Origin: Dimorphilus gyrociliatus | Taxonomy: Eukaryota; Animalia; Annelida | Direction: 5' to 3' | Length of the DNA stretch: 64,000 nt | Assembly: GCA_904063045.1 (NCBI GenBank) | Contig: CAJFCJ010000015.1 | Location: 1,247,034 to 1,311,033 of the forward strand | Shown here: positions 1 through 13,682 of the stretch, one piece after another | Position numbering within the stretch: position 1 is the first letter of the stretch | How the letters are laid out: each line of letters begins with the position of its first letter | Notes under the pieces: model-generated | Database searches by the model: none | The model's input: the letters and a program-made list of their open reading frames with translations, nothing else | What the model was told of the DNA's origin: nothing | Position numbers and translations under genes: made by a program

Positions 1-840
1 GGCGGAAGTTTGTGATTTGTTACTAAAATCCCTGCAGACAAATGAAAATTCACATTTAGAAAAGGTACGAACCAAATTATACCTAATAGTCAGCCTACCT
101 ATAGTTATTTTTTGCCCTCAATTCATCCCCATACTGTACAAACATACTTAAAGTTAAAAAAAAGTAGCCTTACACACATAACGTTCTTCTTTTTATAGAT
201 TGAACTTCCGGGAGTTCTTGTTTCAGAAGAATTTTCAGAAAATTATAAAATATTACAGCAAAAGAGAGAAATTTTTATTAATCACGGAGGTGTTGTAGCC
301 CAACGTATATCTGGAGATTTTGAAATTGATTTAGAACAAGCCTATCATAAGTAATAAGCACAATAACATAATTAATCCCATTAACAATTAACAAATGTTA
401 ATTTATTAATAGAGATCCAATGACTAAATTACAAAATTTTGCAAAAAAGAAGAAATTTCGTCTTGTTGATTTATTTAGGCAATTTGACAAAGATTGTAGT
501 TGGAGTGTTAGTCATGAAGAATTTCGTTTAGGAATTAAAGCATCTGGAATTGAAATGAGCGAAGCAGATATTTGCAAACTATTAGATAGGTTGGATGCTG
601 ATGGCGATGGAGAAGTAGACTATGGGTACTGTTACTTATTCACTAGATTTCTTAGCATTCTAGAATATCTTTGCTGACATATTTCTTCTATTTTCCTTGC
701 CTCTTCCTTTTTCTTTTTTTAACAGAGAATTGTTATTTGGAGACAGTGAGCATAGAAAATTTAAAAGAGACATTGAAAAGACTAAACAGAAAGAATTGTC
801 TAATTTATCAACTAACAAAGACAAATCAGCAGAACCTTAA
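1..840 (+). CDS. 3' part of a leucine-rich-repeat + EF-hand protein (LRRC74-like architecture), 5'-truncated
   Basis: Exons 1-64, 199-350, 413-625 and 726-840 join in frame through GT-AG introns: AEVCDLLLKSLQTNENSHLEK|IELPGVLVSEEF...|DPMTKLQNFAKKKKFRLVDLFRQFDKDCSWSVSHEEF...LDADGDGEVDYG|ELLFGD...AEP*. Two EF-hand loops follow an RI-type LRR-like segment. Confidence 0.75.
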
Positions 841-1325
841 TCAGCAATAATTTTTAAGGACTATTTGAAAACAATCATTCTCCCCTCATTTCTTTCTAAT
901 ATTTATTAAGAGTAACCGGAAATACAACATGCTATAGGGCAAAAAAATTATTCTCGTAGATTGCGGAATTCTTATGGCAGTTTCATGCTCATGGCTTTTA
1001 TAAGAGTTAGCTTCCTTTGTTAAATTAATAAATACATTTCATTCAAGCCTACGCCTTTGAGACCGGATATTGTTTGGGGCGCCTTCGACAGATGGCGCGC
1101 TAATAGCAAACCTATCCCAGAAACCCGTCGTAATTCAACATGGCGGTTGTTTAGTTTTACAAATATGTATACAAAAAATCATTTGTTTCTCGTTTGTTTC
1201 AATTATAACTGTCGATCGAGCATCAATTAATGGTGATATAAGGAATCTCCGTATCATTAAGAAGTATTTTAAAAGTTCACAAAATTTGACAACTCTGAAA
1301 AACAAGTATTACTAAGCAAAGAGCA

Positions 1326-1930
1326 ATGAGGTTCGATTTATTTCTATTCTTAATTAGTCTGTTTAATAGATTATGTTAGTTATTTTGTCTCTTCATATTA
1401 CGTATATACGACATTAATTAAACAAGGCAGCGATTACTATCTGTTATCAATTTGTACTTGGTAAACGCGAATTAACCTACCGGCTTTAGGCCAAGATGCT
1501 TTTTCCGTTTCGCTAGTTATCAATCGATTTCTATCACCTGTATACTTCATATCGAAGGTATTAACACAAACGTAAAAAGGGTCGAATGATTATGCCAAGC
1601 TTGTAAGTGACTCATTCCAAGCTATGGCTCATCGGAAAGTTGGCCGTTGTATAAATTTCCCGTTCTTCATTTCCGATTTGTGAGTCGAGAGAGGAGTATG
1701 AACATTCTCTTCGAACAGTCTTGGGTAGCTTCCAACGTTTCGTGCCAACCGATTGTCGATGTACAATGGTACAACAATCAACAAACAGCGTAAGCTTTAA
1801 ATAATTATGAACAAAAACAAAATAACTATGATCCTTAAGCCTTTGTTAATCGCGAATCTTTAGATATTTCCGCTTAAATTATTTAATATAAATATTCTGT
1901 ATAATAGTATCTCCAGCGGCTGCATGTAAA
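1326..1930 (+). other. Candidate small spliced gene, structure unresolved
   Basis: ATG at 1326 opens a hydrophobic 16-codon phase-1 exon (MRFDLFLFLISLFNRL). Donor-like sites lie at 1375, 1461, 1603 and 1790, and there is an open frame of about 56 codons at ~1622-1789. I could not fix a unique, recognisable protein. Confidence 0.25.
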
Positions 1931-2550
1931 TTGATAATCTTGGAGAGGATGAGGGACGGATTCTGCGATCTCTTCAAATTTATTGATGTTTTCATGCTCT
2001 TTCATTGCTCTCTCTATCTGTATCTCTCCCATAGCAATTTCATCTATTTACTCTCATTTAATCGAACGTCCTATGAAGCGTATGATTACGATAAAAATCG
2101 AAAATTATCACGCACGTATATGGCATAAAAGGCAATGTTTTAGGTGAATTTCGCCAACGAATACTCGAGTGTTGACCATAAAAGAGAAAAACAAAACTAT
2201 TTAGACTATGCAATGAATTTTCCTTTTAAACGAGAGTTTGCTTTGTAAGTACTAAATAGTTGTTTACCTGTGTACGTGTATTTTAATAGAATACCAAATA
2301 TAAAAAATGAAAAGGGGTAATCATCAGATAGGTGTGTGCTGTTAAGTGTAACATTATATATAGGATATGCATAGTGTATATACAGTATATGTATACTGTC
2401 TATACTGTATATATATTTAAATATAAATATATAACCGTACAGCAATGTTCTGTAAAATTTGTATTTTTTTTAACATTAGTCATTTTTTTTTCCATAAAAT
2501 GTGAAAAGTACGCGTTACTGTACGCCCAATCGATTGCCTTTATTAGTTGA

Positions 2551-4302
<1,752 letters not shown>

Positions 4303-6232
4303 TAGGACGAAATAAATATATAGTTGGTAATCTGCAATCAATCAAATACTTGTTATGTGAAGAAGTAGCTTACTACTATAAGTTTTACGCGTACGAGAAA
4401 AATTTTTCGTTCATTTGACTTTTTTTACTATATACTTCTATATATATATATATATATATGCATATGAAAGTGTACAATATAAGTATATATATAACATGCT
4501 TATGTTGCATACGTATTCATATATAACTTTTATTATCCGTAATAACGGAAAAGTCTTATAAAACATGATTATTATATATATATGTATGTATATATATATA
4601 TATATATTTTAAGAGTATATACATACATAATATGTATTTAAAGTGTGCGTGTAAGTGTGTATAGGATATTGTAACTTGTTAAGAATTTGTGCACTAAAAA
4701 TGTGCAGACTAAAGAAGAGAAAAGAAGCAAAGGTTTATTTGTATTATTTGTCAGTGTTTCTTTTACGAGATTGTTTTTAAAACACATTTTTTTTTTTTTA
4801 ATATTAATTTTGACAAACGTGTGCAAGCATGCGAAGAAAAAGCAGTGCACTTATTCATTCCTGTGCTCTCTATCTTTCTCTACTTTCTCTGCCCCAACCC
4901 ATCCTCCTCCCTACTTCCTCTTTCTCTCTTACTTAATTTCACTTTCTCCTCGTATTCCTCTTAACGTTTAAGAGAAAGAATCGAGGAAAAGTTTGCTTTT
5001 TTTAATTTTGTTTATTAATTCCTTGGTCAAAAATTTTTTTAATAACTAAAAGAAAATGATTATTTAATATAACGTTTTTAAGGTAATAAAAAAAGAAAGA
5101 ATGTGACGCTTTAAATGAATATTTTAAGCAAATGGGATACTTTCTTTTTATTATTATTTGCATGCCCAATTTTTCTATGCAATATAATATCTTATGTTCC
5201 TTTTTCAAAAATAAAAACCGAACTGTATACGCTTTTAATGCTTGACAAACTTGTTTTATATATATATATATATATACTTTTATTTCTTTCATCTAATGAT
5301 TGTATTTAGTTTCTTTCGATTGATAATACTATTTGGCTACAACAATAAGAATTTGAAATAAAAAATTGTTTTATTATCCATATGATAAACACGTGAAACT
5401 TTTCTATTCTTCATTCTTTTTTACTGTTTATCCTGGATTTATATATGAGTCTTCTCTTTTCGTAAAATCAAAAGTTACACTTTTTAGCAAAGACTTAACC
5501 TAAATATATTAATAATAAAATAGCAGTGGCTCACCTTTCCCCCCCCTCCTTTCTCTCTCTCTCTCTCTCTCTTTTCATTCCCATCATTCTATCCCGCTTC
5601 TGTTGCCAACCCCATTTCTATTTATTTTCTCTATCGTAAACCGACGTTGGAGGGTTAAAATAAGAGTGGCGGTACAATTCAATTACGACAGTATTGAAGG
5701 TTTCCCTCAGTCAACCGTTATATATTAAAATATTAGAATAATAAATTTTCGGTTATTAGTTAATAAATAGGCTTTATTTATAATAATATTCTTAGAGTAA
5801 ACTTTTCCCCTAAAATAATAAACTTCTTGTAAAAAATATAAATAAATAAAGAGGTTGGTATTAAACGAAATTAGAATTTTTATAATTAATTAAAACTGAA
5901 GATGGAGCCACTGTATTTTCTTTCTTTCCCTATCAATCTATCGAAAAACTTATTTAAAAATAAAGTAGAATAAGACTGTAGTTTAGCGGTAAAAGTATTG
6001 TATTATTTATGCGAAATCATTCTATAAATTTATTCATTTTGCCCTAAAGCTAAATTTTATTTAGTTCTAGTTTTTTTTTGTTCGAATTCCATTTATAAAT
6101 GTTTGTCAAGCTCGTTAAAATTTGATATTGGTAGAAATAAGGAGAGAACATAAAAAAAAGAAAAAAAACCGTAAAACAATTCAAATCGTTTTCATCCAAC
6201 TAAATAGAGAAATATAATTGATTTGAGATTGT

Positions 6233-8877
6233 TCAATTATCACAGTTGGTGAAAAATTGATAAGAGAAAAGTATACTAAGGAAGGCAACTGTAACGCAAA
6301 AGGCAAAGGGTAAAATTCCAATTTCAAAAATTGAACCAAGTACTCCAGCAACAAAGATTAAGGTTAAAAATAGTATAGCAGGTACGGAAAAGATTTTTTC
6401 TCTTAGTTGTTTCTGAAATTCAGCTGACCAAACACTCTGCGTAATGGGTTTTTTAGATATCTCTTTTTGACTGCTTGAAATAACATCAATAACTATGTTC
6501 TTCGCAATTTCTTTCAAGTTTACACTATCTTTTTTCTCAGCTAGAAGATTCTCACCTTCTTTCCATTCGTCCTTAGCTGCCTCTAATAACAGTTTAGTTG
6601 TAAATTCACTGGTCTTCTCTTCAATTTCCTCTCTTGTCTCTAGTAGTTCGTTCTCATCGGTATGTTGCTTTTGAGGAATGATATCTTCCTGGGTATTCTT
6701 GACAGCTCCTTCCTGTTGAAAATCACAAGGAATTTCTTCTTTTTGCCAATCAGTCTCAGTACTATCCCCTTCAGATGGGGTAGACGAATGGGTTTTATCC
6801 TGAACCAAAGAGCTTTTACTTTCTTGTTTAATTAATTCTTCAAAAAGAGCCTCGTTAGAGAATTTTTCTTGATCATTATTATCTTCTCTAGAACCGCAGG
6901 GATCCTGAGTCAATTTGGATAATTCCGGGGATAATTCATTATCTTTTGATTTTTCATCAGCCCTAGAGACTACTGTATCTTCAACGTCATTCCATATAGC
7001 TTCAGAAAAGTCATTGGCAAACATCTCCATCTCTTTATTGGAATTATTAACGGAATTATTATCTATAAAAGGAGAAAGAATATAATAAATAACTTTTTAA
7101 AGCTCAATTCCTCAATTTCCGCCTGTAAATAATATCAATAGTGTAATAATACCTTGTAATTCTTGTTCCATACTGTAGTGTTCACTAATAGCATGTAGAT
7201 TGGGAGGTAAAGAAATTACGTGATCCGGATTTCGTACGTCCCTTGATTTACTCGACAGCACTCTTTTACTAGGTGCTGTAAAATACGAATGGAGACAAAA
7301 ATTTCTATATATAATCAATGAAGCAAGAAATTGGCCGATATATAACATACATTAAAAATCATAATGGAATATATTATTCGTATTTCAACCATAGTGATAA
7401 TTTATTTAATCTGATGAATCCTTTATCTAGGACAATATTTTATATTTTAAATTAAATAATTGGACAAAATTTCATTGAACTATATCTCTTTCTACTCTCA
7501 TCAAAAGTTAATTTATAGAAAAATATGTTACTATTTAAACTAATTTGCATAAATTATTCATTTATATCTATAACCTATTGACTTGAATATTGTATATACA
7601 GTATACTGTATATACGATTTAGCATTAATATGTAAAATATTAGGAAAAGAAGTGAACAAAACTCATAACACTTAGATTTAATACTAAATCAATAAGTTTA
7701 CAAGTCTAAATCTTCTAATAGGCTTAAATTTTATAAAATAAATCCTACTACTCTATGTTTTTATTCGTCATATTGCGTAATACTTCTATATTAAACAGTA
7801 TATTCATTTCTTTCGGGTGAGTAAGAGGAAAAACATGAATATATTGATATCTACTCAATAGAACTGATAATTGATAGGGAAAATTGTTCTTATTTTACTT
7901 TATTATTACAATTAGTTATTGTTAATTGCTATGCTAGTGAGCAACTCAAATCTTGTGTTATATAAAATCGTGTTATTTGAGACGGGGAACTATGTTTTCT
8001 TTTACAAAAGAGCATTTCTTATTTTAAAAGAAATATTATAAGTGGATATTTTTATGGATGATAACATTTTGTTGGATGATTATGGTTTAATAAAGTTGAA
8101 AAACCCATTGGGAATAAATGGGTTTTATCACTAACATAATAATCTAAAGTTATTAACAACTCTGAAATAAACTGAAGGCAATAAACTTATCTAAAGTATT
8201 AAAGGATTAGTTCGCACCTGTAACGCTCAAATAACCTGTACTAGTGGCGACACCTTCTGTATTTTCAGCAACACATTTATAGGTTCCTTCGTGATTCTTT
8301 GAGGCGTTTCGTATAACCAAATTTTGCGTTGTACCGTCGTCCTCCTCGGACGTGAAATATCTAAATTTCCGGAGGAAAAAGAACACACCTTCAGAATTAA
8401 TCAATTTTTTAGGCCAAAACACTATAAAACAAGTGCAAATTTACCAACTTAAAAAGATAAGGAGCACAAATAAATATAAAAATCGCACTACAAGTAGTAT
8501 ACAGAACCGCAATACGGTAAAAACTGCAAATAAAAAATTACCCTGCTCTTCCCGACAGGCTTTCCTCGTCCTTGTACCAATTAATCCTAGGAGACGGTAA
8601 AGCAGAAATACTACAGGAAAAAACAACAGTTTGACCTTCTTTCACTTCTTCAGAAGAGCTCAATCTCTTTTTAAATTCTGGTGCTAAAATAATTAATAAA
8701 AAGCACTAATTATTGATATGATGGTTATAGGCCTAAGCATTCATTTTTGTTATCATTGCACCATTTTTCACTATAATAAAGGATAGTTTTAAACAAAACT
8801 ATGTAGAATAATAGGCAAAATATGATGCTTTTCTAGAATATAAAATCACTTTACGTCTCTAATCCTTCTCGAATGCA

Positions 8878-8921
<44 letters not shown>

Positions 8922-9142
8922 CTATAGATATACTGTAGATATACCAAGGTATCTGTATAAAGACGTCAAGGAATGAAGGGAAGGGATAAAAATTGTTACC
9001 TTATACGGTTTACGATGTTACAGTATAATAGAGCAATTATATAGTACATACGTATTAAAATTATTTTAATTTTTTTGCTATTTAATAGGCCTCTACCTTT
9101 CTTAGTCGACCTCCAAGCAGTTTTCGATCTCTGCTCTTCCAT
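6233..9142 (-). CDS. Uncharacterised ~427-aa protein: I-set Ig domain + acidic linker + C-terminal hydrophobic hairpin
   Basis: Exons 9097-9142, 8542-8683, 8218-8360, 7153-7275 and 6233-7062 total 1284 nt and join in frame through GT-AG introns. I-set signature APEFKKRL..EVKEGQTVVFSCSISALPSPRINWYKD...LVIRNASKNHEGTYKCVAENTEG. No signal peptide. Two hydrophobic segments at the C-terminus. Confidence 0.8.
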
Positions 9143-9300
9143 TTTCAGTCTATAATTTATTCCAATCCGTAAATAGAAAATGTTTCTAGGCTATGCGCTG
9201 CACGTAATGCAGAACCGACTGCGGAAAATTTTCGTAGGGGTCAGTAGAACACAACGCCCCGCATTGCAGTTTTTTTAATATTCATCTGTTCATAAATCGA

Positions 9301-9537
9301 ATGACGAATAAATCAGCAATCCGTAAGAGGAAGTATACCGAAGAACTTATTGAACAAAATATCAAAGTTGAACAGCAAAGGGAAGACAATTGGCCTTCTT
9401 TCAATAAGAAATACGCTTACAGTTTGGCAGTGCTTCTACTACTCTTCTTATTTACGTACAATCTTGGCGTTTGTCCGATGTGGATTGTCTATGTTCTGGC
9501 AGTTGCAATGCTCGCTTTTGGTGCGCAGGCGTTGTAA
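9301..9537 (+). CDS. Putative 78-aa small membrane protein, head-to-head with the Ig gene
   Basis: ATG-initiated ORF with a charged N-half and a hydrophobic C-half (YAYSLAVLLLLFLFTYNLGVCPMWIVYVLAVAMLAFGAQAL). It starts 158 bp from the divergent ATG at 9142. No recognisable family. Confidence 0.5.
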   Translation: MTNKSAIRKRKYTEELIEQNIKVEQQREDNWPSFNKKYAYSLAVLLLLFLFTYNLGVCPMWIVYVLAVAMLAFGAQAL

Positions 9538-11273
9538 AACTGCTCCATACGAACTTGTCTCTCCTTCCCCCTCCTCTTTTATACTCAAAAATAGACTTTT
9601 ATTAGATGTTTACAGAGCCGTTAACTTGTTTAATCTCCCCTGAATATAAAAATGTATGCTATATATTTAAAGCCATTTTAGAAGAGAGTATGTTAGAATT
9701 ATCACAATGCTATGTACATATTAAAAACTTGATTAATGAGCCTTTCTAGTAGCAGAAATTTATTCTTGAAGATAAAGGGATAGAGAGAGAGAGAGAGGCT
9801 TCCAATAATGAAAGACAAAGAAAATGAGATAGATAGAGAGAATCAACAATGGAAAACAATAAGTAAAAAGTCTTATTTGCATAAATACATAAAAAATATG
9901 CAAGACCTAATAGACATTACACATAACATAATTATATATCAACACCAATAGTATATGGACGATTGTTTACCGAAGGATGTATCGTGATATCAAGACTTTG
10001 AGAGACTCGACTACTAATGGATTAAATTACTAATTGTCAAACGTCGACATTTATGTTGATAGATTACTAATTCACAGTTTTCACCTAATTGATATGTGCT
10101 TTTCTTTTTCTCTCAATAATTACATCATAGCATCATTTAGTGTGTTAAATATTTCAATATAAATGTATATATTAATATATACTCCACTGTACAGACAACA
10201 ATATACTATATATTGTACAATCTATAATACTGTAACAAATTAATTGCATTTGAGGGAGGGAAAGGACGAATATTCTTTTTTTTTTCTATAAACATACTTC
10301 ACTCAGCTATTTATTAATTCTTTCTTTCTTTTTAATTTTCTTTCCATTTTTAATCAAATTATTCAACAAAATGTTCTTTATCTTTTTTGATAGATAAATC
10401 TTGATTTATCGAATTGTTCCTGTTTTTTTTTCTTCATTTTCCTTTTTTTATTCCTTCACTTATTCTACTTTATATATAATTTTCTAAGAATATCAATAAA
10501 AACGAAATTATATTTAATATATAATAAAAATAAAGTATACATGTCCTGAATATATGCTTTTTTTTTCCTCTTTTTTATTATAGCATCGTATATATTGATG
10601 AAATTATATATACACAAAAAACAAAGTAGCAAATATTGCGATATTGACTCTCAATAGTATTACTATTAAGTATTATTGTTAAAGAAACACTAATAAATTG
10701 TATAGTTTATTATTAGCAATAGATGGCAGCACTTTTTTCCCCCATTTAATGATGACACCTATTACAGGAGGGTTTCTGGTTTTTTCAAGATCAATTTGCT
10801 GAGTCTAACTGCCTACCTTCGTATTTTTTTCTGTTTTTTTATTTAAAAAAAAAGGTCCGCACTCAAATTGTCCTTTATTAATATACTTTGTTTTTTTCTT
10901 CTTTTCAACATACAAATTTCCTAAAATGCAAAAAAATAAATATTACACTTAACATATAATAGCATGTATTTCTTAAAGCAAAAAAATAAAAACAAATAAA
11001 TAATTAATAGAATCGTTAAAAAAAAAATTTTTAACAATATATTTAAGAATATAAATAATGATGTTTAAGGGGGAGAGAGGGAGAAAGAGAGAGGGAGAGA
11101 AATATGACGATCTGATATATATATATATATACTATATATAATTTATATGGACTAATCAACAGTAAATTGAGCGCACTATAAAAATTTTTTATTAAAATAT
11201 TTCCGTTGAGGAAATGAAATTTTTCATCAGTTCCGAATAAGGACCACATCATTATTTTGTTAATCATCTATTG

Positions 11274-11284
11274 GCGCCATCTAC
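11274..11284 (-). promoter_or_regulatory. CTCF-like (or YY1-like) motif TAGATGGCGC ~60 bp upstream of the SLC5 ATG
   Basis: Matches the CTCF core consensus YAGRKGGCR and recurs across the window. Confidence 0.5.
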
Positions 11285-11343
11285 ACAAATGAGTACGACC
11301 TCATGGACCTTTCCTTCTCTTTTATAACACACACAAATAAACT

Positions 11344-13138
11344 ATGGAATTGAATTCAATTGATTATGTTGTTTTCGGAATATCGATTATCTTGTCGATA
11401 TGCCTTGGATTATATCCTGCTTTTACTGGGGGGAAGCAGTTAACAATTGATGAATTTTTCCTAAGTAATCGAAAGTTAAAGACAATACCGGTAACTCTCA
11501 GTATCCTAGTTTCATTTGTCTCTGGTATTGCTGTGCTTGGCACACCAGCTGAAGTTTATGTTCATGGTGTTCAACTGACTATGAGAACTATCGGCTATTG
11601 TTTCGCGTGTTCAATTAGTGCCTTATTATTTGTACCTTTATTCTATAAGTTGCAGTTGACTAGCTGTTTCGAATATCTGGATATGCGATATGGGTCAAAA
11701 ATGGTTAGAAGGTTAGGAGCTGCTACTTTTCTGATGAGCAATGTGCGGTAATTTAAAACTAATCGATTCAGCTTAAAAATTCTTCCTGTTTTCAACTATA
11801 AACTATATGAGATTACCTTTTTATTGCATCCCGCAGATATTTTTCACTGGTTTGGTCATATATTCTCCCGCAGTAGCAATGGAAGCGGTCAGTGCCTTTC
11901 CCCTTTGGGCGTCGATCATCGTGTCGGGTCTTGTGTCGACCATTTACACGACACTGGGTGGTATAAAAGGCGTCGTCATTACAGATGCACTACAGGCGGT
12001 TATTATTATCGGTGGCCTACTAGCCGTATCAATATACGCTACCTTTCAGACTGGTGGTATTCGTACCGTCATGGAGACAGCTAAGGAGAAGGGTCGTCTA
12101 GATTTCTTTGATTTTTCCTTAAAACCTGGTTTAACGTTTTACTCAGTGACTATTGGAGCTACTTTTCATACATTAACTAATTTTGGAATTGGTCAGGGAA
12201 CTATTCAGCGTTATAGTGCATTACCTTCACTATCTAGTGCAAGAAAATCCATATTTGGTAATATTCCAGCTTTAATTGCTTTCAATGCTCTTACAACTTA
12301 CTCAGGTCTTGTAGTATATGCTTTCTATGCAAAGAAGAGATGCGACCCCTTAAGAGCAAAGTACATACAATCCCCGAATCAAATCCTGCCCTTCTTCATT
12401 AATGATGTACTCGTCCTCCCTGGATTATCTGGAATCTTTCTTAGCGTTCTCTTTGCGGGATCATTGAGTTCATTGTCCACTTTGTTAAATGGAATGGCTT
12501 TGGTTACGTGGACAGACTTTTTAGCACCAATATTTAAAGAAGTCACTGAGCGTCGTAGGATCATCATCTGCAAATTTCTAGTTATCGCCTACGGCATCTT
12601 TGCCATATCGACGGCCTTTTTGGCAAATTTCAGTGTAAAGCACGTACTACGGTTATCGTTAAGCATCACCGGTGCCTTTTCCGGTCCGACTCTTGGGGTT
12701 TTCATTTTAGGTGCTACAACAAGACGAGCAACGGCCGCTGGCGTCACAATCGCGTGTTTATTATCCACTAGTTTAATGGCAACGTTGTCACTAATTAATT
12801 TCTTTAAACCTAGACAAATTTCAATGGAAAATTTTCCCAATTCCACAACAAACTGTAAAGTCGGTCTTAATTTTACAGAATCCGTTCAATTGAACAAAGA
12901 ATCTATACATCCTGTCATTAATTTCATATATGAATTATCTTTTTTGTGGTACAGCTTAATAGGCTGTCTTGCCTCTTGTTTCTTAGGCTATATATTTAGT
13001 TTCTTTTTATCAACTGCGGAGCAAAGAGAGAGAGTCGATTCGAAGTTGTTATTTAGTTCCATTTTCAAGACTTCAAAAATTAAATCTATTCAGGAACAGC
13101 ATAAGATGTTAGATCTGAAAGAAGGAGCAGTAATCTAG
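11344..13138 (+). CDS. SLC5 sodium:solute symporter (SMCT/SMVT-like, SLC5A6/8/12 group), ~566 aa
   Basis: Exons 11344-11742 and 11837-13138 with a GT-AG intron. SSF motifs: SFVSGIAVLGTPAEVY, YLDMRYGSK, LGGIKGVVITDALQ, QGTIQRY, SPNQILPFF, GSLSSLSTLLNGMA. Confidence 0.95.
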
Positions 13139-13648
13139 AAACAATAAGAAGGTATCTATTTTTGTTTCGTTATGTTTTTCAATGACATATTTCTATTTTC
13201 TATATATATTTCCATAAAATACTTACTGTTGCATAATAAAATCAATGAAACACACCAGAAAAACAAACTGAAGTGACCTTGTCGAATACATTTAAATTTT
13301 TTTGGTTAAAGCTAATCGATCCGTCTTCATTAAAAAACTAATTAGGTATGTTTTATATATCCTTTTAAAACAGGGTGTCCTCTCTGGCCACTTTATATCT
13401 ACAATACAAATCATTACTTTAAATTGATCAGGCTAACAACGAAAGTACAAAACTGCTTTCTGCGAATAATAATAATCCTACCGAATAGAGCGTTTCTAGT
13501 CAACGAATTGTTTTAAGATGTAGCTCGATTCCATCTTTTCCCCAAGCGTCTCTTTAAAGGAAAGTAACATATCCAATCTAGATATTTTTTTATCTTTCAC
13601 TTCTCAATTGTCTCTGTTAACTCTTCTATTGAGAAGTACAGAGTAGCC

Positions 13649-13682
<34 letters not shown>

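Noticed and set aside
1880-2032. Minus-strand ORF MGEIQIERAMKEHEN... linked to an open frame at 1610-1795
   Set aside because: There is no GT donor before its stop codon, so it cannot splice to the downstream frame. The plus-strand splice signals are stronger.
13497-13650. Apparent frameshifted minus-strand ORF (MATLYFSIEE.../EVKDKKISRLD...)
   Set aside because: Short, with no recognisable homology and no splice support. Insufficient to call a pseudogene.
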